This document shows, one piece after another, positions 27,638-32,000 of a stretch of 32,000 nt of DNA. This DNA comes from Mycobacterium tuberculosis H37Rv (GTDB taxonomy: Bacteria; Actinomycetota; Actinomycetes; Mycobacteriales; Mycobacteriaceae). The stretch covers positions 3,450,001 through 3,482,000 of the forward strand of contig NC_000962.3 of NCBI RefSeq assembly GCF_000195955.2, written 5' to 3'. The notes beneath the pieces were generated by a model that saw only the letters and a list, made by a program, of their open reading frames with translations, had not been told where the DNA came from and made no database searches. Made by a program: the position numbers and the translations under genes. Numbering within the stretch: the first letter of the stretch is position 1; each line of letters opens with the position of its first letter.

Positions 27638-27652
27638 ATGATAGGAAAATGA
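27638..27652 (+). CDS. Minimal upstream ORF M-I-G-K-stop overlapping the moaA1 start
   Basis: ATG ATA GGA AAA TGA. GGAGG at 27624-27628 is 9 nt upstream of this ATG, and the stop overlaps the moaA1 ATG at 27649. Confidence 0.4.
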   Translation: MIGK

Positions 27653-28728
27653 GTACGCCTACGCTGCCTGATATGGTAGCTCCATCCCCGAGAGTGCGAG
27701 TAAAAGACCGTTGTCGCCGGATGATGGGGGACCTACGCCTTTCCGTTATCGATCAGTGCAATTTGCGATGCCGTTATTGTATGCCCGAAGAGCACTACAC
27801 ATGGTTGCCGCGGCAAGATTTGCTATCCGTCAAAGAAATCAGCGCCATTGTAGATGTTTTCCTTTCCGTTGGGGTAAGTAAAGTTCGAATCACCGGTGGC
27901 GAACCGCTGATCCGCCCAGATTTGCCGGAAATAGTGAGGACATTGAGCGCAAAGGTCGGCGAAGATTCAGGTCTGAGAGACTTAGCGATCACGACGAACG
28001 GCGTCCTTCTCGCCGACCGCGTTGACGGCCTGAAGGCTGCGGGTATGAAACGCATCACTGTCAGTCTTGATACGTTGCAACCCGAGCGCTTCAAGGCGAT
28101 AAGTCAGCGTAATAGCCACGATAAGGTCATCGCGGGTATCAAGGCTGTCGCAGCCGCGGGATTTACGGACACAAAAATAGACACAACGGTGATGCGTGGT
28201 GCCAATCACGATGAGCTGGCTGATCTGATCGAATTCGCTCGGACTGTTAACGCGGAAGTCAGGTTCATTGAGTACATGGACGTCGGCGGCGCAACTCACT
28301 GGGCATGGGAGAAGGTCTTTACCAAAGCGAACATGCTCGAGTCCCTTGAGAAACGGTATGGACGTATTGAGCCTTTGCCCAAACATGATACGGCGCCCGC
28401 CAATCGATATGCGCTTCCGGACGGAACTACCTTCGGAATTATCGCGTCGACAACGGAGCCATTCTGCGCAACCTGTGACCGTTCACGGTTGACCGCCGAT
28501 GGCTTATGGCTGCATTGCTTGTACGCAATATCGGGTATCAACCTAAGGGAGCCGCTGCGTGCAGGCGCGACTCACGATGACTTGGTGGAAACCGTGACAA
28601 CCGGATGGCGGCGACGAACGGATCGCGGAGCAGAGCAGCGTCTTGCCCAACGCGAGCGCGGAGTGTTCCTGCCATTAAGCACGTTAAAGGCCGACCCGCA
28701 TCTGGAGATGCACACCAGGGGCGGGTAA
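27649..28728 (+). CDS. moaA1: Radical SAM GTP 3',8-cyclase MoaA-type
   Basis: 359 aa from ATG 27649. [29 protein letters not shown]-terminal [19 protein letters not shown] and terminal GG. Confidence 0.95.
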   Translation: MSTPTLPDMVAPSPRVRVKDRCRRMMGDLRLSVIDQCNLRCRYCMPEEHYTWLPRQDLLSVKEISAIVDVFLSVGVSKVRITGGEPLIRPDLPEIVRTLSAKVGEDSGLRDLAITTNGVLLADRVDGLKAAGMKRITVSLDTLQPERFKAISQRNSHDKVIAGIKAVAAAGFTDTKIDTTVMRGANHDELADLIEFARTVNAEVRFIEYMDVGGATHWAWEKVFTKANMLESLEKRYGRIEPLPKHDTAPANRYALPDGTTFGIIASTTEPFCATCDRSRLTADGLWLHCLYAISGINLREPLRAGATHDDLVETVTTGWRRRTDRGAEQRLAQRERGVFLPLSTLKADPHLEMHTRGG

Positions 28729-28778
28729 GCCGAACGAACAGTCGATTGATCAACGACTCCACAGTTGAGGAAGGAACC

Positions 28779-29174
28779 ATGACGGTCAGCACCCCTGAGC
28801 AACACGAGCAACGAGCATCCCACGATGCATCCGAGGGAAAGCACAACGTATGTCAGGGGAGGCTGGCCGCACTTGCCGACGCGGCCGTGTCAGAGAAACT
28901 CGGAGCACTACCTGGCTGGCAGCTTCTCGACATGCGACTCAGCCGCGCTTTTCAGTGCACAAATTTCGACCAATCCATTGACTTCATGAATAGGGTCGCA
29001 TCAATAGCAAACGATATCAATCACCATCCCGATATCGCTGTACTGGACAAGCGTTCGGTGCGCGTGACGGCGTGGACGCGCAAGCTGGGCTATCTGACCG
29101 ACATCGACTTCGATCTTGCGGCGTCCGTCGAGGCGATGTATGCGACAGAATTCGCTGACAGGCCAGCACGATGA
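28779..29174 (+). CDS. moaB1: Pterin-4a-carbinolamine dehydratase-family protein
   Basis: ATG at 28779 gives 131 aa. PCD signature: [52 protein letters not shown]. Confidence 0.92.
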   Translation: MTVSTPEQHEQRASHDASEGKHNVCQGRLAALADAAVSEKLGALPGWQLLDMRLSRAFQCTNFDQSIDFMNRVASIANDINHHPDIAVLDKRSVRVTAWTRKLGYLTDIDFDLAASVEAMYATEFADRPAR

Positions 29175-29683
29175 TCGACCATGCACTCGCGCTGACACAT
29201 ATCGATGAGCGTGGTGCGGCACGAATGGTCGATGTGTCCGAGAAACCCGTGACTTTGAGGGTTGCCAAAGCGTCAGGGCTCGTGATCATGAAGCCGTCTA
29301 CCTTGAGGATGATTTCCGACGGTGCCGCTGCTAAGGGTGACGTCATGGCGGCGGCCCGGATAGCTGGCATCGCGGCGGCGAAACGTACGGGTGATCTTAT
29401 TCCGCTATGCCACCCGTTAGGGCTCGACGCTGTCAGCGTCACTATCACGCCGTGCGAGCCTGACCGGGTGAAGATTCTGGCGACAACCACCACGCTGGGG
29501 CGTACCGGCGTGGAAATGGAAGCGTTGACCGCAGTTTCAGTCGCCGCCTTGACTATCTACGACATGTGCAAAGCCGTCGATCGAGCCATGGAGATTTCTC
29601 AGATCGTGCTCCAAGAGAAAAGCGGCGGCCGGTCCGGAGTTTATCGCCGAAGTGCTTCTGATTTGGCCTGTCAGTCCCGATAA
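29171..29683 (+). CDS. moaC1: Cyclic pyranopterin monophosphate synthase MoaC
   Basis: 170 aa. [63 protein letters not shown] overlap with moaB1. Confidence 0.95.
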   Translation: MIDHALALTHIDERGAARMVDVSEKPVTLRVAKASGLVIMKPSTLRMISDGAAAKGDVMAAARIAGIAAAKRTGDLIPLCHPLGLDAVSVTITPCEPDRVKILATTTTLGRTGVEMEALTAVSVAALTIYDMCKAVDRAMEISQIVLQEKSGGRSGVYRRSASDLACQSR

Positions 29684-29699
29684 GTAGGTGAGTGTCTGA

Positions 29700-29951
29700 A
29701 TGATTAAAGTGAATGTTCTTTACTTCGGTGCCGTTCGTGAGGCGTGTGACGAAACGCCTCGGGAGGAAGTAGAGGTTCAGAACGGTACCGATGTCGGGAA
29801 TCTTGTTGATCAACTCCAGCAAAAATACCCTCGCCTTCGCGATCATTGTCAGCGAGTACAGATGGCGGTCAACCAATTCATCGCGCCGCTGTCGACCGTT
29901 CTCGGCGATGGTGATGAGGTCGCCTTCATCCCGCAGGTAGCCGGAGGCTGA
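29700..29951 (+). CDS. moaD1: Molybdopterin synthase small subunit MoaD
   Basis: 83 aa ubiquitin-like protein ending DGDEVAFIPQVAGG (C-terminal GG). Confidence 0.94.
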   Translation: MIKVNVLYFGAVREACDETPREEVEVQNGTDVGNLVDQLQQKYPRLRDHCQRVQMAVNQFIAPLSTVLGDGDEVAFIPQVAGG

Positions 29952-30073
29952 ACAAGGGGATGACCGGCCGTGAATGCGCTCTCATCGTCGCCGCTGTTCG
30001 GCAACGTGGGAGTTCCAGTGCCGGCGTGCAGAACGACCGAAATTCGCCGCACCCGAATAGTCGGGTCGCATAG

Positions 30074-30742
30074 ATGACCAGCAGGGATGGATTCACCATC
30101 GTTTGGGATTGGAACGGGACGCTGTGCGACGACCGGACAATTCTTCTCGACGCGGTTGGGCAGACGCTGGTCAACGAGGGATTCGAGCCTCTTTCGCAAC
30201 AGCAGCTGATCCAACGGTTCGCACGCCCACTACGAACGTTTTTCGAGAATGCGTGCGGTCGAGATCTCTTGACGTCCGAGTGGGAACGCGTCCAATCCAC
30301 CTTTCGCCGAATCTATCGATCGCGAGAAGCTGAAGTCACACTCGTCGAAGATGCGTACGACGTTCTGGCGCAGGGAAACCGCAGCGCCGCTGGGCAGTTC
30401 TTATTATCGCTGGCGCCTCACGACGAGCTTATGCACTTCGTCCAAAAATACGGGATTGCCAAGTGGTTCAACGGAATCCGTGGCCGGACTCGGCCCGACC
30501 AAGAAAAACCCATGATGCTGGCAGAACTGATCATGCAGCGCTCTCTGAATCCCACTCGCGTGGTGCACATCGGCGATTCGCTTGAGGACGCCGCTGCTGC
30601 CAGCGCGGTCGGAGCCATTTCCGTCTTGGTCACCGGAGCTTCACTGCAGCCACCCGACCGAGTCATGCTCAAACAGTTGCAGCCCTTCGTTGCGAGTTCG
30701 CTGAAGCAAGCACTGCAGTACGCGGGTGGCGACGGTGATTGA
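30074..30742 (+). CDS. HAD-superfamily phosphatase (Rv3113-like)
   Basis: 222 aa. VWDWNGTLCDDR (motif I), RPDQEKP and VVHIGDSLEDAAAA (motif IV). Confidence 0.88.
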   Translation: MTSRDGFTIVWDWNGTLCDDRTILLDAVGQTLVNEGFEPLSQQQLIQRFARPLRTFFENACGRDLLTSEWERVQSTFRRIYRSREAEVTLVEDAYDVLAQGNRSAAGQFLLSLAPHDELMHFVQKYGIAKWFNGIRGRTRPDQEKPMMLAELIMQRSLNPTRVVHIGDSLEDAAAASAVGAISVLVTGASLQPPDRVMLKQLQPFVASSLKQALQYAGGDGD

Positions 30743-30758
30743 CGACGAAGGTACGCAG

Positions 30759-31289
30759 GTGGTGGCGGCGCGCCTGCCGTTCGGATGGTCAGCCGACAGT
30801 GGGGTGACAGCCGACATCATCGAGGCAGCGATGGAACTTGCGATCGACACAGCGCGACATGCCACGGCACCGTTTGGCGCTGCGCTGCTTGATGTTACGA
30901 CACTCCGAGCATTCTCGGGTGGCAACACCTATTTTGAATCGGGGGATCGCTTCGCTCACGCCGAAACCAACGTTCTACGGGCCGCAATGAGCACATTGCC
31001 GGAGCTTTCAAATCACGTGCTGATATCCACCGCCGAGCCATGCCCGATGTGCGCGGCGGCCAGCGTGCTCAGCGGAGTGAGAGCCATCATCTTCGGCACA
31101 TCAATCGAGACCCTTATCCAGTGCGGTTGGTTCCAAATCCGCATCAGCGCTTCGGATGTGGTGGCGGCCTCCACTCGTCCCACGCGTCCATCGGTGTATA
31201 GCGGTTTCCTCAGCCACAAGACGGACTTGTTGTACCGGAACTCCGAAAACCGACGAGCAATGAACCCCTGGACCGATCCATCGCATTGA
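30759..31289 (+). CDS. Cytidine/deoxycytidylate deaminase-family zinc protein (Rv3114-like)
   Basis: 176 aa from GTG 30759 (upstream GTG 30726 also possible). HAETNVLRAA and STAEPCPMCAAAS zinc motifs. Confidence 0.87.
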   Translation: MVAARLPFGWSADSGVTADIIEAAMELAIDTARHATAPFGAALLDVTTLRAFSGGNTYFESGDRFAHAETNVLRAAMSTLPELSNHVLISTAEPCPMCAAASVLSGVRAIIFGTSIETLIQCGWFQIRISASDVVAASTRPTRPSVYSGFLSHKTDLLYRNSENRRAMNPWTDPSH

Positions 31290-31398
31290 CTCGGCTTGCC
31301 GACTACCTCACTGACCCAGGAGGAGAGTTACGTCCAGGGGTGTGGTGTACGGGCAGGTAAGGCCGGTGGGCGTGTCGTAGCCCAGTAGTGGGCGGTCA

Positions 31399-32000
31399 TC
31401 GCGTGATCCTTCGAAACGACCAGCAAAAGTCAATCGAAGGAAATGACGCAATGACCTCTTCTCATCTTATCGACGCCGAGCAGCTTCTGGCTGACCAACT
31501 CGCACAGGCGAGCCCGGATCTGCTGCGCGGGCTGCTCTCGACGTTCATCGCCGCCTTGATGGGGGCTGAAGCCGACGCCCTGTGCGGGGCGGGCTACCGC
31601 GAACGCAGCGATGAGCGGTCCAATCAGCGCAACGGCTACCGCCACCGTGATTTCGACACCCGTGCCGCAACCATCGACGTCGCGATCCCCAAGCTGCGCC
31701 AGGGCAGCTATTTCCCGGACTGGCTGCTGCAGCGCCGCAAGCGAGCTGAACGCGCACTGACCAGCGTGGTGGCGACCTGCTACCTGCTGGGAGTATCCAC
31801 TCGCCGGATGGAGCGCCTGGTCGAAACACTTGGTGTGACAAAGCTTTCCAAGTCGCAAGTGTCGATCATGGCCAAAGAGCTCGACGAAGCCGTAGAGGCG
31901 TTTCGGACCCGCCCGCTCGATGCCGGCCCGTATACCTTCCTCGCCGCCGACGCCCTGGTGCTCAAGGTGCGCGAGGCAGGCCGCGTCGTCGGGGTGCACA
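31399..32000 (+). mobile_element. IS1081, left end, truncated by the window edge
   Basis: Terminal repeat-like TCGCGTGATCCTTCG at 31399-31413, followed by the characteristic transposase gene. Confidence 0.93.
31451..32000 (+). CDS. IS1081 transposase (IS256/Mutator family), 3' end outside the window
   Basis: Open frame from ATG 31451: MTSSHLIDAEQLLADQLAQASPDLLRGLLSTFIAALMGAEADALCGAGYRERSDERSNQRNGYRHRDFDTR... Not in the ORF track because it runs off the window. Confidence 0.93.
   Translation, partial: MTSSHLIDAEQLLADQLAQASPDLLRGLLSTFIAALMGAEADALCGAGYRERSDERSNQRNGYRHRDFDTRAATIDVAIPKLRQGSYFPDWLLQRRKRAERALTSVVATCYLLGVSTRRMERLVETLGVTKLSKSQVSIMAKELDEAVEAFRTRPLDAGPYTFLAADALVLKVREAGRVVGVH

Noticed and set aside
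1-32000. CRISPR arrays, long tandem repeats, prophage genes or a classic defence island
   Set aside because: No regularly spaced repeats, cas genes or phage structural genes were seen. Apart from IS1081 and the toxin-antitoxin pair, genes are metabolic or housekeeping.

Overview
The window looks like Mycobacterium tuberculosis-complex chromosome, matching from memory the H37Rv region Rv3084 (lipR) to Rv3115 (IS1081). No database was searched. It holds: (1) the distal mymA operon (lipR-sadH-adhD-two WS/DGAT acyltransferases-fadD13); (2) an SPFH-domain gene plus a patatin-like gene; (3) a monooxygenase/luciferase-like/membrane gene set divergent from an HxlR regulator; (4) a Tat-signal GH5-like protein and the PE-lipase lipY; (5) a small RHH/MazF-type toxin-antitoxin pair convergent with tmRNA (ssrA); (6) a tightly packed minus-strand block prfB-Rv3104c-Rv3103c-ftsE-ftsX-smpB-Rv3099c; (7) fprA and an agpS-like FAD oxidase; (8) the less GC-biased moaA1-B1-C1-D1 island bounded on the right by a partial IS1081. 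I found no clearly new multi-gene system. The best second-look items are a multiply frameshifted cytochrome P450 relic between fadD13 and Rv3090, a 10-bp inverted repeat operator candidate in the Rv3094c/Rv3095 divergent promoter, a four-codon uORF overlapping the moaA1 start, a small membrane-protein ORF just upstream of agpS, and hairpin/promoter structure flanking tmRNA.
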